This document shows positions 51,554 through 64,000 of a stretch of DNA of 64,000 nucleotides, one piece after another. Position numbers and translations under genes: made by a program. This DNA comes from Chrysomallon squamiferum. Lineage: Eukaryota > Animalia > Mollusca. Location: contig CM022671.1 in assembly GCA_012295275.1 (NCBI GenBank), forward strand, positions 1,364,001 through 1,428,000, read 5' to 3'. Numbering within the stretch: the stretch's first letter is position 1; every line of letters starts with the position of its first letter. A model generated the notes under the pieces. That model did not search any database and was not told the DNA's origin. It was given only the letters and a program-made list of their open reading frames with translations.

Positions 51554-52658
51554 TTCCGGATTTATTTATTTTAATCTTTTGACGAAAAAAACGGAATGAG
51601 CCAACACGAGAGAGAGAGATGGGCAAAAAGAAGAAGAAAAAGAGAGAGAGACCGAGAGTGAATGAAGACGGGAGAAAGGGAGAAAGAAACGAAAGGAGAG
51701 AATGAAACAGAATGAGATAGAAAGAACAACAAAAAAAGAAGCGAAGAAATAGGAAAAGGAGAGAAATCGGGAAAGAGAAAACGAGAAAGAGAAAAACGAG
51801 AATGTGAGAGGAATTTATGTTTTAACACTAAATGTTTTACTCAACTTGTTTTCATTCAGAAACTTTACAAAAAAGACTTTTATTAACTATAATTTGAAAA
51901 TTATGTGTATGAATGAAACAGAAATATGAATGTTGGGCTAATTTTGATACATCTCAACAAACGGACCTATTATCTGATCAATATGATTCTAATGTATTAT
52001 ATGTCTTTCTAAGTCAGTTAATAAAATATGTTAAAATTATACTTTCACTATTGTAAACTGCCGAATCTAACAGCGGAAAAACTCGAAAATACATGATTTT
52101 TATTAGTATCTGAATTCTTTTTCATCAAAGTATTCTTTCGTTTCTCTACTTTTCTATTTCTCGAAGAATTTGAGTCATTAGCAAAAATAAATTCTTTTGC
52201 GTCATTTGATGAAAGAGACACGAAACTGGAATTTTAGAAACAAACAACCAACTATGATTTCTTAAAATAATTTTTATTCAAGATAAGATTAAACTTGAGT
52301 GGTCTAGACGAGTATGTTCAAGATTCTTTCTGCTTTGTGTGGTACTGCGGTGTGGTCACGTCATCTACATCTGAAACAAAATATAACAATAATAACAACA
52401 ACAACCAAAGCAACAGCACTAACACAATTAGTAAGACAGTAAAAATGGTAGCAGTAAAAACAGAACAAAAATACAGAAAACAGAATCACAAATGTTTTTT
52501 CGTTTTTGTTCCTATTATTATTATTATTATTATCATTATTATTATTTATTTATTTATTTTTATTTTTATTTACTGTTATTTTTTGTTATGGTTAATGTCA
52601 TTCTTACTGTTAATATGAATCAGAATGTTTCCGTTGTTATTGGTTTCTTTTTGTATTT

Positions 52659-54258
52659 CTAATACTTAGGTGCTTCCTCGCTCGAATCTTCTTCATTCTT
52701 CAGTTCCTCTTCAATTTGTGTTTCTTCGCTTTCTTCTTCGGCAATTTCTTCAACTAGCTCTTTCGCTTGTTCTTCTATATCTTGTTTATTTTCTGCATCT
52801 GCTTCATTTATCTCTTCGTCCATGCCCTCGGTCATTTCCTTCATACCTGCGTCAATGAAGGCATCAATAGTGTCTGCTGCTTTTATCAGAGCCTCGGCCG
52901 CCTCTGTTTGTTTCATCTGAGCCAGTACTTTACCTAACAGTCGCAAGTTGTCTGACATGTCGAGTAAGTCTTCGGGAGATGGACCACTGTCATCACTTCC
53001 ATCGTCCATCATCCCATTCATATCATCATCATTATCATCTTCATCATCATCATCACCCATCATTTCTTCCAAAGAATCCTCATCTACATCGTCATCATCA
53101 TCCACATCATCGCCGTCATCCAAAATTAAAGCAGCCACAAGTAATTCCTCGTCGTCTACGCCGTCAACATCATCACCACTTTCCTAAATATACAAAACAT
53201 TTTAGTTGTAACACCATTTAAAAAATCAGTTCAAGAATAAATGAGCGAATGTGACAATACTCTTAATAACATGTAATTTGTTATAATCAAAGATAGGACC
53301 TCTTATTAAAAACATTTGAATTATGCGCATACATATTCCTTATTATTAGAAAAGAAAATCTATCTATCTATCTATCTGTCTATCTATATACATATATGAA
53401 TGGATCTTTTAAAAGCACCATTTCTGGGTCAGTAAGAGACAGATGAAATATTTTGATACAATTGGTGAAAAAAACAAAATCAATGGATGAAATATTTTGA
53501 TACAACTGGTGAGATAAACAGAATTAATGGAAGAATATTTTGATACAATTGGTGAAATAAACAGAATTAATGGATGAATATTTTGATACAACTGGTGAGA
53601 TGAACAGAATTAATGGAAGAAATATTTTGATACAATTGGTGAAATGAACAGAATTAATTGATGAAATATTTTGATACAACTGGTGAGATAAACAGAATTA
53701 ATGGATGAAATATTTTGATACAACTGGTGAGATAAACAGAATTAATGGAAGAAATATTTTGATACAACTGGTGAGATAAACAGAATTAATGGAAGAAATA
53801 TTTTGATACAATTGGTGAAATGAACAGAATTAATGGAAGAATATTTTGATACAATTGGTGAAATAAACAGAATTAATGGATGAATATTTTGATACAACTG
53901 GTGAGATGAACAGAATTAATGGAAGAAATATTTTGATACAATTGGTGAAATGAACAGAATTAATTGATGAAATATTTTGATACAACTGGTGAGATAAACA
54001 GAATTAATGGATGAAATATTTTGATACAACTGGTGAGATAAACAGAATTAATGGAAGAAATATTTTGATACAACTGGTGAGATAAACAGAATTAATGGAA
54101 GAAATATTTTGATACAATTGGTGAAATGAACAGAATTAATGGAAGAAATATTTTGATACAACTGGTGAGATAAACAGAATTACCTCTATCGTCCGCTTTA
54201 CCCTGTAGCCTAAAGCTGTTGTTGCCAAAATACACAGAAGGAAAATACAAGTTTTCAT
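52659..54258 (-). CDS. Secreted Asp/Glu-rich acidic protein, short form (copy 3, 199 aa)
   Basis: Exons 54258-54184 (MKTCIFLLCILATTALGYRVKRTIE) and 53183-52659, in frame. Confidence 0.9.
53441..54183 (-). repeat. 44-bp intronic minisatellite (~17 units)
   Basis: Reverse complement of the 47.1-kb unit. Confidence 0.95.
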
Positions 54259-54752
54259 CTGAAAATATAAACATAAACATAACATTTACATTTATTACTT
54301 TGTTTTTTGGTATTTTTAACTCTTAAATGTTTCGTTTTCTTAAATGGTTATATATATATATATATCTGATCTGCTAAAATAAAATTTTATATTACCTTTT
54401 TCGTTCAAGTAGGTGCTGTGTTGTTCCTGGTTGTACAGAGAATATCGTTTTATCTTAGTTGTAGTCTTTATATAATAACTAACATGCTAATTAACTAACA
54501 GCTGCTTGTCGTAATGAATTCAAACCGAATATACAATGAGAAATTTTACATATATTTTACATTGGTCAGATAATTTATGTTCAGAATACACCTTTCTGAT
54601 TTTATGATTAGATTACAGCTTTGTTTCATAGTCCATGCATACATCAGCAATAGAGAAAGGTGTGGTGCCAACAAAAATAATTCTTCGCCAACCAAAACAC
54701 ATTTCTGACTCTATGAAGCACTAAATGATGGTTGGACTAACTATAACATTTC

Positions 54753-56553
54753 TATAATACATTAGAATCATACTGATCAGATAATAGTTCGGTTTCTTAG
54801 AGATGTATCAAAATTAGCCTAACTAGAACATATTTCTGTTTCATTCATACACATAATTTTCAAATTATGGTTAATAAAAAGTCTGTTTTGTAAAGACTCT
54901 CACATACTCGTTTTTTCTCTTTCTCGTTTTCTCTTTCCCAATTTCTCTCCTTTTTCTATTTCTTCGATTCTTTTTTGTTGTTCTTTCTATCTCATTCTGT
55001 TTCATTGTCTGCTTTTGTTTCTTTCTCCCGTCTTCATTCACTCTCTCTCTCTTCTTATTTTTACCCTCTTACTCTCTCGTGTTGGCTAATTCTGTATTTT
55101 TCATCAAAAGATTGAAATAAATAAATTACAAAAATATATTTGCCAGTTTATTTCTATGCTATGTACATCGATGAAAACAGTCGTGTATAATTATTATGAT
55201 TATTATTTTTATTAGTAATATTAGTATTATTAGTAATATTAGTATTATTAGTATTAGTATTATTGCTTTTGTTATTGTTGTTGTTGTTGTTACAATAGAT
55301 TATTCTACCTTGCTTTCATTATCAACATCACCAATGAATTGTTACCTGGGAAAACACTGTCATGTCTCCCATTTCGGTACCAAATGTGTGTTTGTTTTTG
55401 TTTTTTGTTTTTACCAACATTAACGGGTACTCCAAGAACGCTGTTAAAAGTATGTACGATGTCACGTATATTACACAGGTCTCTGTTTAAACAGTTTGTT
55501 ATGAATCATTATATTTAATGTCACGTATATTACACAGGTCTCTGTTTAAACAGTTTGTTATGAATCATTATATTTAATGTCACGTATATTACACAGGTCT
55601 CTGTTTAAACAGTTTGTTATGAATCATTATATTTGATGTCACGTATATTACACAGGTCTCTGTTTAAACAGTTTGTTATGAATCATTATATTTGATGTCA
55701 CGTATATTACGCAGGTCTCTGTTTAAACAGTTTGTTATGAATCATTATATTTGATGTCACGTACATTACACAGGTCTCTGTTTAAACAGTTTATTATGAA
55801 TCATTATATTTGATGTCAAGTATATTACACAGGTCTCTGTTTAAACAGTTTATTATGAATCATTATATTTAATGTCACGTATATTACACAGGTCTCTGTT
55901 TAAACAGTTTGTTATGAATCATTATATTTAATGTCACGTATATTACGCAGGTCTCTGTTTAAACAGTTTGTTATGAATCATTATATTTGATGTCACGTAT
56001 ATTACACAGGTCTCTGTTTAAACAGTTTGTTATGAATCATTATATTTGATGTCACGTATATTACGCAGGTCTCTGTTTAAACAGTTTGTTATGAATCATT
56101 ATATTTGATGTCACGTACATTACACAGGTCTCTGTTTAAACAGTTTATTATGAATCATTATATTTGATGTCAAGTATATTACACAGGTCTCTGTTTAAAC
56201 AGTTTATTATGAATCATTATATTTGATGTCACGTACATTACACAGGTCTCTGTTTAAACAGTTTGTTATGAATCATTATATTTGATGTCACGTGTATTAC
56301 AGAGGCTCCGTTTAAACAGTTTATTATGAATCATTATATTTGATGTCACGTACATTACACAGGTCTCTGTTTAAACAGTTTATTATGAATCATTATATTT
56401 GATGTCAAGTATATTACACAGGTCTCTGTTTAAACAGTTTATTATGAATCATTATATTTGATGTCACGTGTATTACAAAGGTCTCTGTTGAAACAGTTTA
56501 TTATGAATCATTATTTATTTTAATCTTTTGACGAGAAAAACGGAATGAGCCAA

Positions 56554-56636
<83 letters not shown>

Positions 56637-57012
56637 AAAAGAAGAAGAAGAAGAGAGAGAGAGAGACGGAGAGTGAATGAAGATGGGAGAAAGGGAGAAA
56701 GAAACAAAAGGAGATAATGAAAGAATGAGGTAGAAAGAACAACAAAAAATGAAGCGAAGAAATAGGAAAAAAGAGAAATCGGGAAAGAGAAAACGAGAAA
56801 GAGAAAAACGAGAATGTGAGAGGAATTTAAGTTTCTACACTAAATGTTTTACTCAACTTGTTTTCATTCAGAAACTTTACAAAACAAACTTTTATTAACT
56901 ATAATTTGCAAATTATGTGTATGAATGAAACAGAAATATGCATGTTAGGCTAATTTTGATACATCTCAACAAACGGAACTATTATCTGATCAATATGATT
57001 CTAATGTATTAT
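54753..57012. repeat. Long inverted-repeat arms (~54753-55125 and ~56512-57012) enclosing a 59-bp tandem array
   Basis: The left arm tataatacattagaatcatactgatcagataatagttc…gttggctaattctg…aaaagattgaaataaataaa is the reverse complement of tttattttaatcttttgacg…gccaacacgaga…gaactattatctgatcaatatgattctaatgtattata. Confidence 0.85.
55458..56513. repeat. 59-bp tandem array (~18 units)
   Basis: Same unit as the 50.4-kb array, acacagg variant. Confidence 0.97.
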
Positions 57013-57660
57013 ATGTCTTTCTAAGTCAGTTAATAAAATATGTTAAAATTATACTTTCACTATTGTAAACTGCCGAATCTAACAGCGGAAAAACTCGAAA
57101 ATACATGATTTTCATTAATATCTGAATTCTTTTTCATCAAAGTATTCTTTCGTTTCTCTACTTTTCTATTTCTCGAAGAATTTGAGTCATTAGCAAAAAT
57201 AAATTCTTTTGCGTCATTTGATGAAAGAGACACGAAACTGGAATTTTAGAAACAAACAACCAACTATGATTTCTTAAAATAATATTTATTCAAGATAAGA
57301 TTAAACTTGAGTGGGCTAGACGAGTATGTTCAAGATTCTTTCTGCTTTGTGTGGTACTGCGGTGTGGTCACGTCATCTACATCTGAAACAAAATATAACA
57401 ATAATAACAACAACAACCAAAGCAACAGCACTAACAGAATTAGTAAGACAGTAAAAATGGTAGCAGTAAAAACAGAACAAAAATACAGAAAAAAGAATCA
57501 TAAATGTTTTTTCGTTTTTGTTCATCTTATTATTATTATTATTATTATTATTATTTTACAAGTTTTTATTTACTATTATTTTTTTTGTTATGGTTAATGT
57601 CATTCTTACTATGAATATGAATCAGAATGTTTCCGTTGTTATTGGTTTCTTTTTGTATTT

Positions 57661-59000
57661 CTAATACTTAGGTGCTTCCTCGCTCGAATCTTCTTCATTC
57701 TTCAGTTCCTCTTCAATTTGTGTTTCTTCGCTTTCTTCTTCAGCAATTTCTTCAACTACCTCTTTCGATTCTTCTTCTATGTCTTGTTTATTTTCTGCAT
57801 CTGCTTCATTTATCTCTTCCTCCATGCCCTCGGTCATTTCCTTCATACCTGCGTCAATCAAGGCATCAATAGTGTCTGCTTGCTTTTATCAGAGCCTCGG
57901 CCGCCTCTGTTTTGTTTCATCTGAGCCAGTACTTTACCTAACAGTCGCAAGTTGTCTGACATGTCGAGTAAGTCTTCGGGAGATTGACCACTCTCATCAC
58001 TTCCATCGTCCATCATCCCATTCATATCATCATCATTATCATCTTCATCATCATCATCACCCATCATTTCTTCCAAAGAATCCTCATCTACATCGTCATC
58101 ATCATCCACATCATCGCCGTCATCCAAAATTAAAGCAGCCACAAGTAATTCCTCGTCGTCTACGCCGTCAACATCATCACCACTTTCCTAAATATACAAA
58201 ACATTTTAGTTGTAACACCATTTAAAAAATCAGTTCAAGAATAAATGAGCGAATGTGACAATACTCTTAATAACATGTAATTTATTATAATCTAATATAG
58301 GACCTCTTATTAAAAACATTTGAATTATGCACATACATATTCCTTATTATTAGAAAAGAAAATCTATCTATCTATCTATCTGTCTATCTATATACATATA
58401 TGAATGGATCTTTTAAAAGCACCATTTCTGGGTCAGTAAGAGACAGATGAAATATTTTGATACAATTGGTGAAATAAACAGAATTAATGGATGAAATATT
58501 TTGATACAATTGGTGAAAAAAACAAAATCAATGGATGAAATATTTTGATACAACTGGTGAGATAAACAGAATTAATGGAAGAATATTTTGATACAATTGG
58601 TGAAATAAACAGAATTAATGGATGAATATTTTGATACAACTGGTGAGATGAACAAAATTAATGGAAGAAATATTTTGATACAATTGGTGAAATGAACAGA
58701 ATTAATTGATGAAATATTTTGATACAACTGGTGAGATAAACAGAATTAATGGATGAAATATTTTGATACAACTGGTGAGATAAACAGAATTAATGGAAGA
58801 AATATTTTGATACAACTGGTGAGATAAACAGAATTAATGGAAGAAATATTTTGATACAATTGGTGAAATGAACAGAATTAATGGAAGAAATATTTTGATA
58901 CAACTGGTGAGATAAACAGAATTACCTCTATCGTCCGCTTTACCCTGTAGCCTAAAGCTGTTGTTGCCAAAATACACAGAAGGAAAATACAAGTTTTCAT
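57661..59000 (-). pseudogene. Acidic protein copy 4, frameshifted (pseudogene or assembly error)
   Basis: Exons 59000-58926 and 58187-57661. The latter is 527 nt against 525 in the intact copies, with single extra T bases (plus strand) near 57910 and 57880. Confidence 0.8.
58444..58925 (-). repeat. 44-bp intronic minisatellite (~11 units)
   Basis: Same unit as in copies 2 and 3. Confidence 0.95.
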
Positions 59001-59494
59001 CTGAAAATATAAACATAAACATAACATTTACATTTATTACTTTGTTTTTTGGTATTTTTAACTCTTAAATGTTTCGTTTTCTTAAATGGTTATATATATA
59101 TATATATCTGATCTGCTAAAATAAAATTTTATATTACCTTTTTCGTTCAAGTAGGTGCTGTGTTGTTCCTGGTTGTACAGAGAATATCGTTTTATCTTAG
59201 TTGTAGTCTTTATATAATAACTAACATGCTAATTAACTAACAGCTGCTTGTCGTAATGAATTCAAACCGAATATACAATGAGAAATTTTACATATATTTT
59301 ACATTGGTCAGATAATTTATGTTCAGAATACACCTTTCTGATTTTATGATTAGATTACAGCTTTGTTTCATAGTCCATGCATACATCAGCAATAGAGAAA
59401 GGTGTGGTGCCAACAAAAATAATTCTTCGCCAACCAAAACACATTTCTGACTCTATGAAGCACTAAATGATGGTTGGACTAACTATAACATTTC

Positions 59495-61303
59495 TATAAT
59501 ACATTAGAATCATACTGATCAGATAATAGTTCGGTTTCTTAGAGATGTATCAAAATTAGCCTAACTAGAACATATTTCTGTTTCATTCATACACATAATT
59601 TTCAAATTATGGTTAATAAAAGTCTGTTTTGTAAAGACTCTCACATACTCGTTTTTCTCTTTCTCGTTTTCTCTTTCCCAATTTCTCTCCTTTTTCTATT
59701 TCTTCGATTCTTTTTTGTTGTTCTTTCTATCTCATTCTGTTTCATTGTCTGCTTTTGTTTCTTTCTCCCGTCTTCATTCACTCTCTCTCTCTTCTTATTT
59801 TTACCCCTCTTACTCTCTCGTGTTGGCTAATTCTGTATTTTTCATCAAAAGATTGAAATAAATAAATTACAAAAATATATTTGCCAGTTTATTTCTATGC
59901 TATGTACATCGATGAAAACAGTCGTGTATAATTATTATGATTATTATTTTTATTAGTAATATTAGTATTATTAGTAATATTAGTATTATTAGTATTAGTA
60001 TTATTGCTTTTGTTATTGTTGTTGTTGTTGTTACAATAGATTATTCTACCTTGCTTTCATTATCAACATCACCAATGAATTGTTACCTGGGAAAACACTG
60101 TCATGTCTCCCATTTCGGTACCAAATGTGTGTTTGTTTTTTGTTTTTTTGTTTTTTACCAACATTAACGGGTACTCCAAGAACGCTGTTAAAAGTATGTA
60201 CGATGTCACGTATATTACACAGGTCTCTGTTTAAACAGTTTGTTATGAATCATTATATTTAATGTCACGTATATTACACAGGTCTCTGTTTAAACAGTTT
60301 GTTATGAATCATTATATTTAATGTCACGTATATTACACAGGTCTCTGTTTAAACAGTTTGTTATGAATCATTATATTTGATGTCACGTATATTACACAGG
60401 TCTCTGTTTAAACAGTTTGTTATGAATCATTATATTTGATGTCACGTATATTACGCAGGTCTCTGTTTAAACAGTTTGTTATGAATCATTATATTTGATG
60501 TCACGTACATTACACAGGTCTCTGTTTAAACAGTTTATTATGAATCATTATATTTGATGTCAAGTATATTACACAGGTCTCTGTTTAAACAGTTTATTAT
60601 GAATCATTATATTTAATGTCACGTATATTACACAGGTCTCTGTTTAAAACAGTTTGTTATGAATCATTATATTTAATGTCACGTATATTACGCAGGTCTC
60701 TGTTTAAACAGTTTGTTATGAATCATTATATTTGATGTCACGTATATTACACAGGTCTCTGTTTAAACAGTTTGTTATGAATCATTATATTTGATGTCAC
60801 GTATATTACGCAGGTCTCTGTTTAAACAGTTTGTTATGAATCATTATATTTGATGTCACGTACATTACACAGGTCTCTGTTTAAACAGTTTATTATGAAT
60901 CATTATATTTGATGTCAAGTATATTACACAGGTCTCTGTTTAAACAGTTTATTATGAATCATTATATTTGATGTCACGTACATTACACAGGTCTCTGTTT
61001 AAACAGTTTGTTATGAATCATTATATTTGATGTCACGTGTATTACAGAGGCTCCGTTTAAACAGTTTATTATGAATCATTATATTTGATGTCACGTACAT
61101 TACACAGGTCTCTGTTTAAACAGTTTATTATGAATCATTATATTTGATGTCAAGTATATTACACAGGTCTCTGTTTAAACAGTTTATTATGAATCATTAT
61201 ATTTGATGTCACGTGTATTACAAAGGTCTCTGTTGAAACAGTTTATTATGAATCATTATTTATTTTAATCTTTTGACGAGAGAAAAACGGAATGAGCCAA
61301 CAC

Positions 61304-61360
<57 letters not shown>

Positions 61361-61740
61361 GAGAGAGAGAGAGAAAGGGGAAAAGAAGAAGAAGAAGGAG
61401 AGAATGAAAGAATGAAGATGGGAGAAAGGGAAAAGAAACAAAAGGAGAAATGAAAGAATGAAGAAAGAACAAAAAAAAATGAAGGAAGAAATAGGAAAAA
61501 GAGAAATCGGGAAAGAGAAAACGAGAAAGAGAAAAACGAGAATGTGAGAGGAATTTAAGTTTTACACTAAATGTTTTACTCAACTTGTTTTCATTCAGAA
61601 ACTTTACAAAACAAACTTTTATTAACTATAATTTGCAAATTATGTGTATGAATGAAACAGAAATATGCATGTTAGGCTAATTTTGATACATCTCAACAAA
61701 CGGAACTATTATCTGATCAATATGATTCTAATGTATTATA
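59495..61740. repeat. Second copy of the inverted-arm / 59-bp array module (array 60202-61259)
   Basis: Near-identical to 54753-57012 at an offset of ~4.74 kb. Confidence 0.88.
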
Positions 61741-62386
61741 TGTCTTTCTAAGTCAGTTAATAAAATATGTTAAAATTATACTTTCACTATTGTAAACTGC
61801 CGAATCTAACAGCGGAAAAACTCGAAAATACATGATTTTCATTAATATCTGAATTCTTTTTCATCAAAGTATTCTTTCGTTTCTCTACTTTTCTATTTCT
61901 CGAAGAATTTGAGTCATTAGCAAAAATAAATTCTTTTGCGTCATTTGATGAAAGAGACACGAAACTGGAATTTTAGAAACAAACAACCAACTATGATTTC
62001 TTAAAATAATATTTATTCAAGATAAGATTAAACTTGAGTGGGCTAGACGAGTATGTTCAAGATTCTTTCTGCTTTGTGTGGTACTGCGGTGTGGTCACGT
62101 CATCTACATCTGAAACAAAATATAACAATAATAACAACAACAACCAAAGCAACAGCACTAACAGAATTAGTAAGACAGTAAAAATGGTAGCAGTAAAAAC
62201 AGAACAAAAATACAGAAAAAAGAATCATAAATGTTTTTTCGTTTTTGTTCATCTTATTATTATTATTATTATTATTATTATTTTACAAGTTTTTATTTAC
62301 TATTATTTTTTTGTTATGGTTAATGTCATTCTTACTATGAATATGAATCAGAATGTTTCCGTTGTTATTGGTTTCTTTTTGTATTT

Positions 62387-63724
62387 CTAATACTTAGGTG
62401 CTTCCTCGCTCGAATCTTCTTCATTCTTCAGTTCCTCTTCAATTTGTGTTTCTTCGCTTTCTTCTTCAGCAATTTCTTCAACTACCTCTTTCGATTCTTC
62501 TTCTATGTCTTGTTTATTTTCTGCATCTGCTTCATTTATCTCTTCCTCCATGCCCTCGGTCATTTCCTTCATACCTGCGTCAATCAAGGCATCAATAGTG
62601 TCTGCTGCTTTTATCAGAGCCTCGGCCGCCTCTGTTTGTTTCATCTGAGCCAGTACTTTACCTAACAGTCGCAAGTTGTCTGACATGTCGAGTAAGTCTT
62701 CGGGAGATTGACCACTCTCATCACTTCCATCGTCCATCATCCCATTCATATCATCATCATTATCATCTTCATCATCATCATCACCCATCATTTCTTCCAA
62801 AGAATCCTCATCTACATCGTCATCATCATCCACATCATCGCCGTCATCCAAAATTAAAGCAGCCACAAGTAATTCCTCGTCGTCTACGCCGTCAACATCA
62901 TCACCACTTTCCTAAATATACAAAACATTTTAGTTGTAACACCATTTAAAAAATCAGTTCAAGAATAAATGAGCGAATGTGACAATACTCTTAATAACAT
63001 GTAATTTATTATAATCTAATATAGGACCTCTTATTAAAAACATTTGAATTATGCACATACATATTCCTTATTATTAGAAAAGAAAATCTATCTATCTATC
63101 TATCTGTCTATCTATATACATATATGAATGGATCTTTTAAAAGCACCATTTCTGGGTCAGTAAGAGACAGATGAAATATTTTGATACAATTGGTGAAATA
63201 AACAGAATTAATGGATGAAATATTTTGATACAATTGGTGAAAAAAACAAAATCAATGGATGAAATATTTTGATACAACTGGTGAGATAAACAGAATTAAT
63301 GGAAGAATATTTTGATACAATTGGTGAAATAAACAGAATTAATGGATGAATATTTTGATACAACTGGTGAGATGAACAAAATTAATGGAAGAAATATTTT
63401 GATACAATTGGTGAAATAAACAGAATTAATTGATGAAATATTTTGATACAACTGGTGAGATGAACAGAATTAATGGAAGAAATATTTTGATACAACTGGT
63501 GAGATAAACAGAATTAATGGATGAAATATTTTGATACAACTGGTGAGATAAACAGAATCAATGGAAGAAATATTTTGATACAACTGGTGAGATAAACAGA
63601 ATTAATGGAAGAAATATTTTGATACAACTGGTGAAATAAACAGAATTACCTCTATCGTCCGCTTTACCCTGTAGCCTAAAGCTGTTGTTGCCAAAATACA
63701 CAGAAGGAAAATATAAGCTTTCAT
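62387..63724 (-). CDS. Secreted Asp/Glu-rich acidic protein, short form (copy 5, 199 aa)
   Basis: Exons 63724-63650 (MKAYIFLLCILATTALGYRVKRTIE) and 62911-62387, in frame. Confidence 0.9.
63169..63649 (-). repeat. 44-bp intronic minisatellite (~11 units)
   Basis: Same unit as in the other short copies. Confidence 0.95.
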
Positions 63725-64000
63725 CTGAAAATATAAACATAAACATAACATTTACATTTATTAGTTTGTTTTTTGGTATTTTTAACTCTTAAATGGTAAT
63801 ATATATATATATATATCTGATCTGCTAAAATAAAATTTTATATTACCTTTTTTCGTTCAAGTAGGTGCTGTGTTGTTCCTGGTTGTACAGAGAATATCGT
63901 TTTATCTTAGTTGTAGTCTTTATATAATAACTAACATGCTAATTAACTAACAGCTGCTTGTCGTAATGAATTCAAACCGAATATACAATGAGAAATTTTA

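Noticed and set aside
52295-52618. Recurrent ORF MSGLDEYVQDSFCFVWYCG… (also 48541, 57307 and 62034)
   Set aside because: It is antisense to the 3' UTR and UTR intron of the acidic genes, starts at TTG, and recurs only because of the segmental duplication.
50388-61259. 59-bp arrays with an internal palindrome as CRISPR arrays
   Set aside because: Units are head-to-tail with no unique spacers, there are no cas genes, and the context is eukaryotic.

Overview
AT-rich, microsatellite-laden eukaryotic (animal) genomic DNA with spliceosomal GT-AG genes. The gene content suggests a lophotrochozoan, probably a mollusc (inference). Most ORFs in the supplied track are microsatellite artefacts, so genes were rebuilt by hand from splice sites. 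Left to right: (1) the 5' half of a MOV10-like RNA helicase (minus strand) with an N-terminal matrin/U1-type zinc finger and one frameshift; (2) a secreted 5xLDLa + ShKT protein; (3) a secreted 2xLDLa mini-protein; (4) a secreted-protein gene built from at least eight symmetric 18-nt micro-exons interleaved with three 150-nt TSP1-like exons, plus decayed micro-exons and two decayed paralogues at 36.8-39.3 kb; (5) a FLYWCH/MULE transposase relic; (6) a universal stress protein gene; (7) a 286-aa single-coding-exon helical protein with a hydrophobic hairpin; (8) a cluster of five genes for secreted, extremely Asp/Glu-rich proteins (43-64 kb) in inverted and ~4.7-kb tandem arrangement, with 44-bp intronic and 59-bp intergenic minisatellites. 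The best candidate for an undescribed system is the micro-exon/TSP1-like cassette gene (17.0-22.8 kb), followed by the acidic-protein array.
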